From contig QPMI01000036.1 of the NCBI GenBank assembly GCA_004431415.1, positions 124,001 through 188,000 of the forward strand: a DNA stretch of 64,000 nucleotides, in the 5' to 3' direction. A program made the translations under genes and the position numbers. Every line of letters starts with the position of its first letter. Position 1 is the stretch's first letter. Below, one piece after another: positions 1 to 12,100 of the stretch. Origin of the DNA: Cyanophora paradoxa CCMP329 (lineage: Eukaryota > Plantae > Glaucophyta). The notes below the pieces were generated by a model. The model searched no databases and had not been told where the DNA came from. It saw nothing but the letters and a program-made list of their open reading frames with translations.

Positions 1-1295
1 GACGGCGGTAGCCAACGCCGTCTCCTTCTCCCCGCGCTCTCGGTTTATCGCCTCCAGAACCGCGGCAAGCTCGACGCACGAGACCACGTTCGCCGGCATT
101 GCCGGCACACCAGTCTGCAGGAGTGCCTTCGCCAGCCGCAGCGGGATAGAGACTAGAGGCGGCGGGCACCTGCAGGTCGTCGTCGCAGTAAGCCCCCGGA
201 GCCAAAGCGGAAGAAGCGCCAGAGCCCTTGCCTGCCAACTGCTCGGGGCGTCAGGCGGTGCCGGGAGATTCAAACGGGAAAGGAAGACAGAGCCAGGTTG
301 CCGGCGCTTGGGTTGTGGCGATTTGTGTCTACCTTGAACAGCGGGCCTCTGTGACTTGCAATCGCGGTCTGCACAGTAGCCTGTTAAAAAGCGTCAGAGT
401 GGCCTGGGAAAACATGGTGCGAGACTTTCAAAGACCTGGAGCTCGGAATCCAGGAAGGGAGCGCCAGAAGAGCTAGCGCTAGCTTCCTGCTCGGGCGTAA
501 ATGGCCGCTCTGGCCGGCCGGCTGAGGCGAAGCGCTCGGAGCTGTCAGCACGCCGAGGCTCGGCCGGCGGTGGCGTGTTCTCCTTGTCGAGTGCCTGGAA
601 GAGACTAACCTGTGGCGATGCGGAGGCTGAGCAAATGGAACGCGCGTTGGATTCAGAACAGCAACGGACCAGGTTGCAGTTGCGGACGGTTTCGCCGCCG
701 GCCCCAACGAAGTCGACGTTCGTTGAGCCGCACTTGACGTGCAGAACCACGTTCTGCTGAGAGTACAACTCCGTCTCCGAACGCTGAAGTGGGAGGCAAA
801 AGACGACCCGACGCTTCCCTCCGAACGCAGCCAAGGGGTAGCCGCGAAGGACGACCGCATGCGCGTCCACGTCAGGTTCGATATACGCGCGAAGGTCAGG
901 TTTCAACAGATCGCGGTTGACCTCCGGCTTTAACGTGTCCCAGTTCGCCATCGCATGGTCAGCGAAGCCAACCCGGAGGATGATATCTGATCATGACGCG
1001 GCGCGTGAGATATGCAGTTGTCGCAGACTGCGAAGCCAGCAAGCGCACCCTTCACGAAGTCCTGCTTGTTTTGAGCAAATTCAAACACCCAGGTGTAGAC
1101 TGAAGAAGCGGAATCGATCTCGGCGCGAAGGAGGGCAACACAGAGACGGTCCGCGGAGAAGCCTGGAAAGCCCTCAGCCTCCAAGCGTACGGTCTTGACA
1201 CAGTCGCATTTCTCCGCGGAGAGAACCGCATCCAGCATTGCCTTCTCGCGCTGCAACTTCGGCGAGCAGGCGCCGGACGGCTTCAGGCTCGGCAT
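1..1295 (-). CDS. Hypothetical intron-containing protein (3' end probably outside the window)
   Basis: ORFs 930-1295 and 394-951 join through a GTGCGC...CAG intron (~988-1049), giving ...QNKQDFVK/DIILRVGFADHAMANWDTLKPEV... Composition looks like a globular protein, but I recognise no family. Start and 3' exons are uncertain. Confidence 0.4.
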
Positions 1296-1745
1296 CCTGC
1301 GAGAGAACCGCGGAAATAGCTCGGCTTCAGCGGAATCAGAGAAAACCGCTGCACGCGCAGCAGCCGGATCGCCGGAACTCCTGTACGTACGCGTGATAGC
1401 TGAGAGCTCGCGGTCCTCCAGTGAGCGCCGCTTGGCGTGCAGTAGATAATCTCAAAGCACGCCACGCACGCGCCTACTGAAGGCGATCGATTTTAAGGAG
1501 GACTCGCTGAGAAGCTAGCTGCTCCGGCTGCAGTCCAGGAGCATCTCAAGCCCGTCCTGCCGAGAAGCCTATCCGCCCGACCAAAGACCATAGAAGCACC
1601 TTCAAAGGCGGTTGTCACCGGTTTGTCACACACCGGTCGTGACGATTTGGGGTACGGGTTGTGACGGCTTCGGAGGGGGTCTGCGCCATGGGTCGGGTCT
1701 GCCGCTGTGCTGAGCGGCGCCTGGGCCCTACGTGCGCATGTGGAA

Positions 1746-2650
1746 CCAGGTAAGACCGCTCCGCGCGCACGAGCTAAGCCACACTCTCCTCGTATACCCG
1801 GTCGCGTGCTGCCGGCTGACTGCGCGCGGGCGTGCGGAGGCTCCGGCCGTCGATTCGCGCTGTGGACAGTCTCGCTAGGTCGGAAGCCCGTGCGAGCCGC
1901 GCGCCGCGGCTCCTCTGCTCTCGATTCGGGCCCGAGTACGATTGGCGCGAAACACACTCGGGCTCTACGGCGGTGTCTGCGTCTCCGCTGGGTCCGCCGC
2001 TGGTCGCTGCAGCACTTGGGCACTCCAAGCAAGCGTAAGAGCAGGTGAGACCGCTCCGCGCGCACGAGCTGAGCCACACTCTCCTCGTATACCCGGTCGC
2101 GTGCTGCCGGCTGACTGCGCGCGGGCGTGCGGAGGCTCCGGCCGTCGATACGCGCTGTGGGCAGTCCCGCTAGGTCGGAGCCCGTGCGAGCCGCGCGCCG
2201 CGGCTCCTCTTCTCTAGAGTCGGGCCCGAGTAGGATTGGCGCGAAACACACTCGGGCTCTACGGCGGTGTCTGCGTGTCCGCTGGGTCCGCCGCTGGTCG
2301 CTGCAGCACGTGGGCACTCCAAGCAAGCGTATGAGCAGGTGAGACCGCTCCGCGCGCACGAGCTGAGCCACACTCTCCTCGTATACCCGGTCGCGTGCTG
2401 CCGGCTGACTGCGCGCGGGCTTGCAGAGGCTCCGGCCGTCGATACGCGCAGTGGACAGTCTCGGTAGGTCGGAGCCCGTGCGAGCCGCGCGCCGCGGCTC
2501 CTCTGCTCTCGATTCGGGCCCGAGTAGGATTGGCGCGAAACTCACTCGGGCTCTACGGCGGTGTCTGCGTGTCCGCTGGGTCCGCCGCTGGTCGCTGCAG
2601 CACGTGGGCACTACACGCAAGCGTAAGAGGGCAGGTGAGACCGCTCCGCG
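1746..2650. repeat. Nested 294-bp subrepeat (3 copies plus a stub per unit; also ~4045-4949, 6279-7182, 8894-9797, 11485-11944 [~1.5 copies], 13622-14525)
   Basis: caggt(a/g)agaccgctccgcg recurs every 294-295 bp, and repeated ORF translations have a 98-aa period. Confidence 0.95.
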
Positions 2651-3200
2651 GTTAGCGCCAAGTCCGGCCCTCGCAGCACGCTGTCGCGCCGCAGTCACTG
2701 AGTCCAGTGGGCGCGCACCGCTGCCCGGTTGTGGGCTCGCTTTGACACGCGCCCCAGGACCGTCTGACGCGGCAGAGCAGACGCGAGACCGCGAGCCGCG
2801 CTACGGGACCGGGCGGGCGGCTGGCTGGCGGCGGGGCCAGGCGCCAGTGGGACTTCGAGAGCCGCGCCGCGGCGTCGGCTTCACGGCTTCGCAAGCGGCC
2901 TCGCCCTTCCAGGAGTCTCTCTAGAGCCCTCCACCCCGTACCCTCCCAACGCTCCTCGAGCTCCTTCGTATACGTACATCCATTCGCATACTGCCATGTA
3001 CCATTCTCTTGATGCTCCTCCCACCATTTTGTACCATGCCATGTACCATGTACCATTTTGCGGCGCGGCCCCACGCCCTTCCAATGCATATGCATATGGC
3101 TCCTCTTCCGATCCGTACCCCCTCATCGGCCCCGCGGACACCCTCTGCCCCTTTCGCCCCTTTCGCCCCGCACACTGCTTCCTCTCGCCCCCTTTCTTGT

Positions 3201-3210
3201 AATTATAAAG
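3201..3210 (+). promoter_or_regulatory. TATA-like box in each full array unit
   Basis: aattataaag follows a pyrimidine tract in units 1-5. It is the main AT-rich island in a GC-rich unit. Function not shown. Confidence 0.25.
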
Positions 3211-6117
3211 AGGCCCCAGCCCGACTTGCAGGCCAGCGGCAGCTTCGCAAGATTGGGAAGTGGGGAAATTGCAGGATCGTCGGACCCATACGCCGTAGCC
3301 GGGAAACAACGGATGGGAGAGGAAGGGGGCCGGGGGCGACAGCTGCAGACCGAGGGGCCTGAACTGCACTGGTCTCCGGGATCTCATAGTATCCAGCTGG
3401 CCCCGCGCCTGCACTCCCAGTCCCGGCCGCCGGGCCCTGTCCGCTGCGCGCTTTTCAGAGGGCGGAGAGGGTTGAGGGCGCATCATGGCATGGCTCCGCG
3501 GGCGAAGGAGAGGAGGGCCCTATCTGCCGCCGGCCCGCGGCCGCGCGCTGCTGTGGCGTGGAGGCTAGACTTCGGTCCTCTCATCGAAGCGCCGTCTCTG
3601 GGGCGCTTAGCGGCAACCTTCGAACTCGGAAGCTACCGGTCCGGCCGAGAGCGATCACCGCGTGGGGCGGCGACCAGCGCCAGCTGCAGCTGCAGTCCGC
3701 AAGATTCGAGACCCCGCCATGCCGCATTGCAGACCGAAGGCTTCTCCACTGTACAAGCGAGAAGCGTGGTTCGCCGCCATGGAAACGGCGCCCCGAAGCC
3801 CGCGAGCGAGGCGAAGACCTCTTAAGCCTCTCCGGCTCGTAAAGCCCAAATTGAGCTACCGCAAAGCCCTGAGCCCTTGGCCCAGTTGTCACGAGTTGTC
3901 ACGAGCCCTTGGCCCAGTTGCCTTGCTTGGCCCCGCAAAGCCCTGGGTACGAGTTGTCACGGCCCAAGCTGCATGGGGTCTGCGCCATGGGTCGGGTCTG
4001 CCGCTGCGCTGAGCGGCGCCTGGACCCTACGTGCGCATGTGGAACCAGGTAAGACCGCTCCGCGCGCACGAGCTAAGCCACACTCTCCTCGTATACCCGG
4101 TCGCGTGCTGCCGGCTGACTGCGCGCGGGCGTGCGGAGGCTCCGGCCGTCGATTCGCGCTGTGGACAGTCTCGCTAGGTCGGAAGCCCGTGCGAGCCGCG
4201 CGCCGCGGCTCCTCTGCTCTCGATTCGGGCCCGAGTACGATTGGCGCGAAACACACTCGGGCTCTACGGCGGTGTCTGCGTCTCCGCTGGGTCCGCCGCT
4301 GGTCGCTGCAGCACTTGGGCACTCCAAGCAAGCGTAAGAGCAGGTGAGACCGCTCCGCGCGCACGAGCTGAGCCACACTCTCCTCGTATACCCGGTCGCG
4401 TGCTGCCGGCTGACTGCGCGCGGGCGTGCGGAGGCTCCGGCCGTCGATACGCGCTGTGGGCAGTCCCGCTAGGTCGGAGCCCGTGCGAGCCGCGCGCCGC
4501 GGCTCCTCTTCTCTAGAGTCGGGCCCGAGTAGGATTGGCGCGAAACACACTCGGGCTCTACGGCGGTGTCTGCGTGTCCGCTGGGTCCGCCGCTGGTCGC
4601 TGCAGCACGTGGGCACTCCAAGCAAGCGTATGAGCAGGTGAGACCGCTCCGCGCGCACGAGCTGAGCCACACTCTCCTCGTATACCCGGTCGCGTGCTGC
4701 CGGCTGACTGCGCGCGGGCTTGCAGAGGCTCCGGCCGTCGATACGCGCAGTGGACAGTCTCGGTAGGTCGGAGCCCGTGCGAGCCGCGCGCCGCGGCTCC
4801 TCTGCTCTCGATTCGGGCCCGAGTACGATTGGCGCGAAACTCACTCGGGCTCTACGGCGGTGTCTGCGTGTCCGCTGGGTCCGCCGCTGGTCGCTGCAGC
4901 ACGTGGGCACTACACGCAAGCGTAAGAGGGCAGGTGAGACCGCTCCGCGGTTAGCGCCAAGTCCGGCCCTCGCAGCACGCTGTCGCGCCGCAGTCACTGA
5001 GTCCAGTGGGCGCGCCCCGCTGCCCGGTTGTGGGCTCGCTTTGACACGCGCCCCAGGACCGTCTGACGCGGCAGAGCAGACGCGAGACCGCGAGCCGCGC
5101 TACGGGACCGGGCGGGCGGCTGGCTGGCGGCGGGGCCAGGCGCCAGTGGGACTTCGAGAGCCGCGCCGCGGCGTCGGCTTCACGGCTTCGCAAGCGGCCT
5201 CGCCCTTCCAGGAGTCTCTCTAGAGCCCTCCACCCCGTACCCTCCCAACGCTCCTCGAGCTCCTTCGTATACGTACATCCATTCGCATACTGCCATGTAC
5301 CATTCTCTTGATGCTCCTCTTTGATTTTGCGGCGCGGCCCCACGCCCTTCCAATGCATATGCATATGGCTCCTCTTCCGATCCGTACCCCCTCATCGGCC
5401 CCGCGGACACCCTCTGCCCCTTTCGCCCCTTTCGCCCCGCACACTGCTTCCTCTCGCCCCCTTTCTTGTAATTATAAAGAGGCCCCAGCCCGACTTGCAG
5501 GCCAGCGGCAGCTTCGCAAGATTGGGAAGTGGGGAAATTGCAGGATCGTCGGACCCATACGCCGTAGCCGGGAAACAACGGATGGGAGAGGAAGGGGGGC
5601 CGGGGGGCGACAGCTGCAGACCGAGGGGCCTGAACTGCACTGGTCTCCGGGATCTCATAGTATCCAGCTGGCCCCCGCGCCTGCACTCCCAGTCCCGGCC
5701 GCCGGGCCCTGTCCGCTGCGCGCTTTTCAGAGGGCGGAGAGGGTTGAGGGCGCATCATGGCATGGCTCCGCGGGCGAAGGAGAGGAGGGCCCTATCTGCC
5801 GCCGGCCCGCGGCCGCGCGCTGCTGTGGCGTGGAGGCTAGACTTCGGTCCTCTCATCGAAGCGCCGTCTCTGGGGCGCTTAGCGGCAACCTTCGAACTCG
5901 GAAGCTACCGGGTCCGGCCGAGAGCGATCACCGCGTGGGGCGGCGACCAGCGCCAGCTGCAGCTGCAGTCCGCAAGATTCGAGACCCCGCCATGCCGCAT
6001 TGCAGACCGAAGGCTTCTCCACTGTACAAGCGAGAAGCGTGGTTCGCCGCCATGGAAACGGCGCCCCGAAGCCCTCGAGCGAGGCGAAGACCTCTTAAGC
6101 CTCTCCGGCTCGTAAAG

Positions 6118-6182
6118 CCCAAATTGAGCTACCGCAAAGCCCTGAGCCCTTGAAAGCCCGGTTCGAACCCGGACGATCTGGG
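6118..6182 (+). other. tRNA-like element with a Pol III B-box at the type-B unit junctions (also ~11325-11389, ~13462-13526)
   Basis: GGTTCGAACCC at 6160-6170 sits in the hairpin CCGG-TTCGAAC-CCGG. CCCAAAT/ATCTGGG could form an acceptor-like stem. There is no proper anticodon arm. Confidence 0.3.
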
Positions 6183-9100
6183 TACGAGTTGTCACGGCCC
6201 AAGCTGCATGGGGTCTGCGCCATGGGTCGGGTCTGCCGCTGTGCTGAGCGGCGCCTGGGCCCTACGTGCGCATGTGGAACCAGGTAAGACCGCTCCGCGC
6301 GCACGAGCTAAGCCACACCCGCGTCGCGTACCGGTCGCGTGCTGCCGGCTGACTGTGCGCGGGCTTGCAGAGGCTCCGGCCGTCGATACGCGCTGTGGGC
6401 AGTCCCGCTAGGTCGGAGCCCGTGCGAGCCGCGCGCCGCGGCTCCTCTTCTCTAGAGTCGGGCCCGAGTAGGATTGGCGCGAAACACACTCGGGCTCTAC
6501 GGCGGTGTCTGCGTGTCCGCTGGGTCCGCCGCTGGTCGCTGCAGCACTTGGGCGATCCAAGCAAGCGTATGAGCAGGTGAGACCGCTCCGCGCGCACGAG
6601 CTGAGCCACACTCTCCTCGTATACCCGGTCGCGTGCTGCCGGCTGACTGCGCGCGGGCTTGCAGAGGCTCCGGCCGTCGATACGCGCTGTGGGCAGTCCC
6701 GCTAGGTCGGAGCCCGTGCGAGCCGCGCGCCGCGGCTCCTCTGCTCTCGATTCGGGCCCGAGTACGATTGGCGCGAAACACACTCGGGCTCTACGGCGGT
6801 GTCTGCGTGTCCGCTGGGTCCGCCGCTGGTCGCTGCAGCACGTGGGCACTCCAAGCAAGCGTAAGAGCAGGTGAGACCGCTCCGCGCGCACGAGCTGAGC
6901 CACACTCTCCTCGTATACCCGGTCGCGTGCTGCCGGCTGACTGTGCGCGGGCGTGCAGAGGCTCCGGCCGTCGATACGCGCAGTGGACAGTCTCGGTAGG
7001 TCGGAGCCCGTGCGAGCCGCGCGCCGCGGCTCCTCTGCTCTCGATTCGGGCCCGAGTACGATTGGCGCGAAACTCACTCGGGCTCTACGGCGGTGTCTGC
7101 GTGTCCGCTGGGTCCGCCGCTGGTCGCTGCAGCACGTGGGCACTACACGCAAGCGTAAGAGGGCAGGTGAGACCGCTCCGCGGTTAGCGCCAAGTCCGGC
7201 CCTCGCAGCACGCTGTCGCGCCGCAGTCACTGAGTCCAGTGGGCGCGCACCGCTGCCCGGTTGTGGGCTCGCTTTGACACGCGCCCCAGGACCGTCTGAC
7301 GCGGCAGAGCAGACGCGAGACCGCGAGCCGCGCTACGGGACCGGGCGGGCGGCTGGCTGGCGGCGGGGCCAGGCGCCAGTGGGACTTCGAGAGCCGCACC
7401 GCGGCGTCGGCTTCACGGCTTCGCAAGCGGCCTCGCCCTTCCAGGAGTCTCTCTAGAGCCCTCCACCCCGTACCCTCCCAACGCTCCTCGAGCTCCTTCG
7501 TATACGTACATCCATTCGCATACTGCCATGTACCATTCTCTTGATGCTCCTCTTTGATTTTGCGGCGCGGCCCCACGCCCTTCCAATGCATATGCATATG
7601 GCTCCTCTTCCGATCCGTACCCCCTCATCGGCCCCGCGGACACCCTCTGCCCCTTTCGCCCCTTTCGCCCCGCACACTGCATGCTTCCTCTCGCCCCCTT
7701 TCTTGTAATTATAAAGAGGCCCCAGCCCGACTTGCAGGCCAGCGGCAGCTTCGCAAGATTGGGAAGTGGGGAAATTGCAGGATCGTCGGACCCATACGCC
7801 GTAGCCGGGAAACAACGGATGGGAGAGGAAGGGGGGCCGGGGGGCGACAGCTGCAGAAGGGGGTGGGGTACAAAGGCAGACCGAGGGGCCTGAACTGCAC
7901 TGGTCTCCGGGATCTCATAGTATCCAGCTGGCCCCCGCGCCTGCACTCCCAGTCCCGGCCGCCGGGCCCTGTCCGCTGCGCGCTTTTCAGAGGGCGGAGA
8001 GGGTTGAGGGCGCATCATGGCATGGCTCCGCACCCCTCACTCGGTGCAGGTCGACAGCCCACTGAACCCGAGCGCCGCGGCTGTGGCTGCGGCCCGTAAA
8101 GAGGCAGCAGGCCTCGACGCGACTCTGCAACTGTACGGCGGCTCCTCCACAGCCTTTGGCGCGCGCAGAGGGCCGCTGCGCGCCGCGCCGCGCAGATCGC
8201 CCCGCCGCCGACCCGAGGCGCTGCACGGCAGCACGAGAGGGCCGCCGCCGACTCCGAACGCCTTCACGACCGTGCTCCGCTCGAAACACGATCGCTGGCG
8301 CCTTCCCGCCATCCCCCGGGCTGCTGCCGGAGCGCCCTTCCGCGCCCTGGGCGAAGGAGAGGAGGGCCCTATCTGCCGCCGGCCCGCGGCCGCGCGCTGC
8401 TGTGGCGTGGAGGCTAGACTTCGGTCCTCTCATCGAAGCGCCGTCTCTGGGGCGCTTAGCGGCAACCTTCGAACTCGGAAGCTACCGGGTCCGGCCGAGA
8501 GCGATCACCGCGTGGGGCGGCGACCAGCGCCAGCTGCAGCTGCAGTCCGCAAGATTCGAGACCCCGCCATGCCGCATTGCAGACCGAAGGCTTCTCCACT
8601 GTACAAGCGAGAAGCGTGGTTCGCCGCCATGGAAACGGCGCCCCGAAGCCCGCGAGCGAGGCGAAGACCTCTTAAGCCTCTCCGGCTCGTAAAGCCCAAA
8701 TTGAGCTACCGCAAAGCCCTGAGCCCTTGGCCCAGTTGTCACGAGTTGTCACGAGCCCTTGGCCCAGTTGCCTTGCTTGGCCCCGCAAAGCCCTGGGTAC
8801 GAGTTGTCACGGCCCAAGCTGCATGGGGTCTGCGCCATGGGTCGGGTCTGCCGCTGCGCTGAGCGGCGCCTGGGCCCTACGTGCGCATGTGGAACCAGGT
8901 AAGACCGCTCCGCGCGCACGAGCTAAGCCACACCCTCGTCGTGTACCGGTTGCGTGCTGCCGGCTGACTGTGCGCGGGCTTGCAGAGGCTCCGGCCGTCG
9001 ATACGCGCTGTGGGCAGTCCCGCTAGGTCGGAGCCCGTGCGAGCCGCGCGCCGCGGCTCCTCTGCTCTCGATTCGGGCCCGAGTACGATTGGCGCGAAAC

Positions 9101-12100
9101 ACACTCGGGCTCTACGGCGGTGTCTGCGTGTCCGCTGGGTCCGCCGCTGGTCGCTGCAGCACGTGGGCACTCCAAGCAAGCGTAAGAGCAGGTGAGACCG
9201 CTCCGCGCGCACGAGCTGAGCCACACTCTCCTCGTATACCCGGTCGCGTGCTGCCGGCTGACTGCGCGCGGGCGTGCAGAGGCTCCGGCCGTCGATACGC
9301 GCTGTGGACAGTCCCGCTAGGTCGGAGCCCGTGCGAGCCGCGCGCCGCGGCTCCTCTGCTCTCGATTCGGGCCCGAGTACGATTGGCGCGAAACTCACTC
9401 GGGCTCTACGGCGGTGTCTGCGTGTCCGCTGGGTCCGCCGCTGGTCGCTGCAGCACGTGGGCACTCCAAGCAAGCGTAAGAGCAGGTGAGACCGCTCCGC
9501 GCGCACGAGCTGAGCCACACTCTCCTCGTATACCCGGTCGCGTGCTGCCGGCTGACTGTGCGCGGGCGTGCAGAGGCTCCGGCTGTCGATACGCGCAGTG
9601 GACAGTCTCGGTAGGTCGGAGCCCGTGCGAGCCGCGCGCAGCGGCTCCTCTGCTCTCGATTCGGGCCCGAGTACGATTGGCGCGAAACTCACTCGGGCTC
9701 TACGGCGGTGTCTGTATGTCCGCTGGGTCCGCCGCTGGTCGCTGCAGCACGTGGGCACTACACGCAAGCGTAAGAGGGCAGGTGAGACCGCTCCGCGGTT
9801 AGCGCCAAGTCCGGCCCTCGCAGCACGCTGTCGCGCCGCAGTCACTGAGTCCAGTGGGCGCGCACCGCTGCCCGGTTGTGGGCTCGCTTTGACACGCGCC
9901 CCAGGACCGTCTGACGCGGCAGAGCAGACGCGAGACCGCGAGCCGCGCTACGGGACCGGGCGGGCGGCTGGCTGGTGGCGGGGCCAGGCGCCAGTGGGAC
10001 TTCGAGAGCCGCGCCGCGGCGTCGGCTTCACGGCTTCGCAAGCGGCCTCGCCCTTCCAGGAGTCTCTCTAGAGCCCTCCACCCCGTATCCTCCCAACGCT
10101 CCTCGAGCTCCTTCGTATACGTACATCCATTCGCATACTGCCATGTACCATTCTCTTGATGCTCCTCTTTGATTTTGCGGCGCGGCCCCACGCCCTTCCA
10201 ATGCATATGCATATGGCTCCTCTTCCGATCCGTACCCCCTCATCGGCCCCGCGGACACCCTCTGCCCCTTTCAAAAAAAGTTTCGCCCCTTTCGCCCCGC
10301 ACACTGCTTCCTCTCGCCCCCTTTCTTGTAATTATAAAGAGGCCCCAGCCCGACTAGTACTTGCAGGCCAGCGGCAGCTTCGCAAGATTGGGAAGTGGGG
10401 AAATTGCAGGATCGTCGGACCCATACGCCGTAGCCGGGAAACAACGGATGGGAGAGGAAGGGGGGCCGGGGGGCGACAGCTGCAGAAGGGGGTGGGGTAC
10501 AAAGGCAGACCGAGGGGCCTGAACTGCACTGGTCTCCGGGATCTCATAGTATCCAGCTGGCCCCCGCGCCTGCACTCCCAGTCCCGGCCGCCGGGCCCTG
10601 TCCGCTGCGCGCTTTTCAGAGGGCGGAGAGGGTTGAGGGCGCATCATGGCATGGCTCCGCACCCCTCACTCGGTGCAGGTCGACAGCCCACTGAACCCGA
10701 GCGCCGCGGCTGTGGCTGCGGCCCGTAAAGAGGCAGCAGGCCTCGACGCGACTCTGCAACTGTACGGCGGCTCCTCCACAGCCTTTGGCGCGCGCAGAGG
10801 GCCGCTGCGCGCCGCGCCGCGCAGATCGCCCCGCCGCCGACCCGAGGCGCTGCACGGCAGCACGAGAGGGCCGCCGCCGACTCCGAACGCCTTCACGACC
10901 GTGCTCCGCTCGAAACACGATCGCTGGCGCCTTCCCGCCATCCCCCGGGCTGCTGCCGGAGCGCCCTTCCGCGCCCTGGGCGAAGGAGAGGAGGGCCCTA
11001 TCTGCCGCCGGCCCGCGGCCGCGCGCTGCTGTGGCGTGGAGGCTAGACTTCGGTCCTCTCATCGAAGCGCCGTCTCTGGGGCGCTTAGCGGCAACCTTCG
11101 AACTCGGAAGCTCCCGGGTCCGGCCGAGAGCGATCACCGCGTGGGGCGGCGACCAGCGCCAGCTGCAGCTGCAGTCCGCAAGATTCGAGACCCCGCCATG
11201 CCGCATTGCAGACCGAAGGCTTCTCCACTGTACAAGCGAGAAGCGTGGTTCGCCGCCATGGAAACGGCGCCCCGAAGCCCTCGAGCGAGGCGAAGACCTC
11301 TTAAGCCTCTCCGGCTCGTAAAGCCCAAATTGAGCTACCGCAAAGCCCTGAGCCCTTGAAAGCCCGGTTCGAACCCGGACGATCTGGGTACGAGTTGTCA
11401 CGGCCCAAGCTGCATGGGGTCTGCGCCATGGGTCGGGTCTGCCGCTGTGCTGAGCGGCGCCTGGGCCCTACGTGCGCATGTGGAACCAGGTAAGACCGCT
11501 CCGCGCGCACGAGCTAAGCCACACCCTCGTCGTGTACCGGTTGCGTGCTGCCGGCTGACTGTGCGCGGGCTTGCAGAGGCTCCGGCCGTCGATACGCGCT
11601 GTGGGCAGTCCCGCTAGGTCGGAGCCCGTGCGAGCCGCGCGCCGCGGCTCCTCTGCTCTCGATTCGGGCCCGAGTACGATTGGTGCGAAACACGCCGGCT
11701 GACTGTGCGCGGGCTTGCAGAGGCTCCGGCCGTCGATACGCGCAGTGGACAGTCTCGGTAGGTCGGAGCCCGTGCGAGCCGCGCGCCGCGGCTCCTCTGC
11801 TCCCGATTCGGGCCCGAGTACGATTGGCGCGAAACTCACTCGGGCTCTACGGCGGTGTCTGCGTGTCCGCTGGGTCCGCCGCTGGTCGCTGCAGCACGTG
11901 GGCACTACACGCAAGCGTAAGAGGGCAGGTGAGACCGCTCCGCGGTTAGCGCCAAGTCCGGCCCTCGCAGCACGCTGTCGCGCCGCAGTCACTGAGTCCA
12001 GTGGGCGCGCCCCGCTGTCCGGTCGTGGGCTCGCTTTGACACGCGCCCCAGGACCGTCTGACGCGGCAGAGCAGACGCGAGACCGCGAGCCGCGCTACGG

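Noticed and set aside
6118-6182. Functional or permuted tRNA gene
   Set aside because: No valid anticodon arm on the plus strand and no valid T-stem on the minus strand. Kept only as a tRNA-like element.
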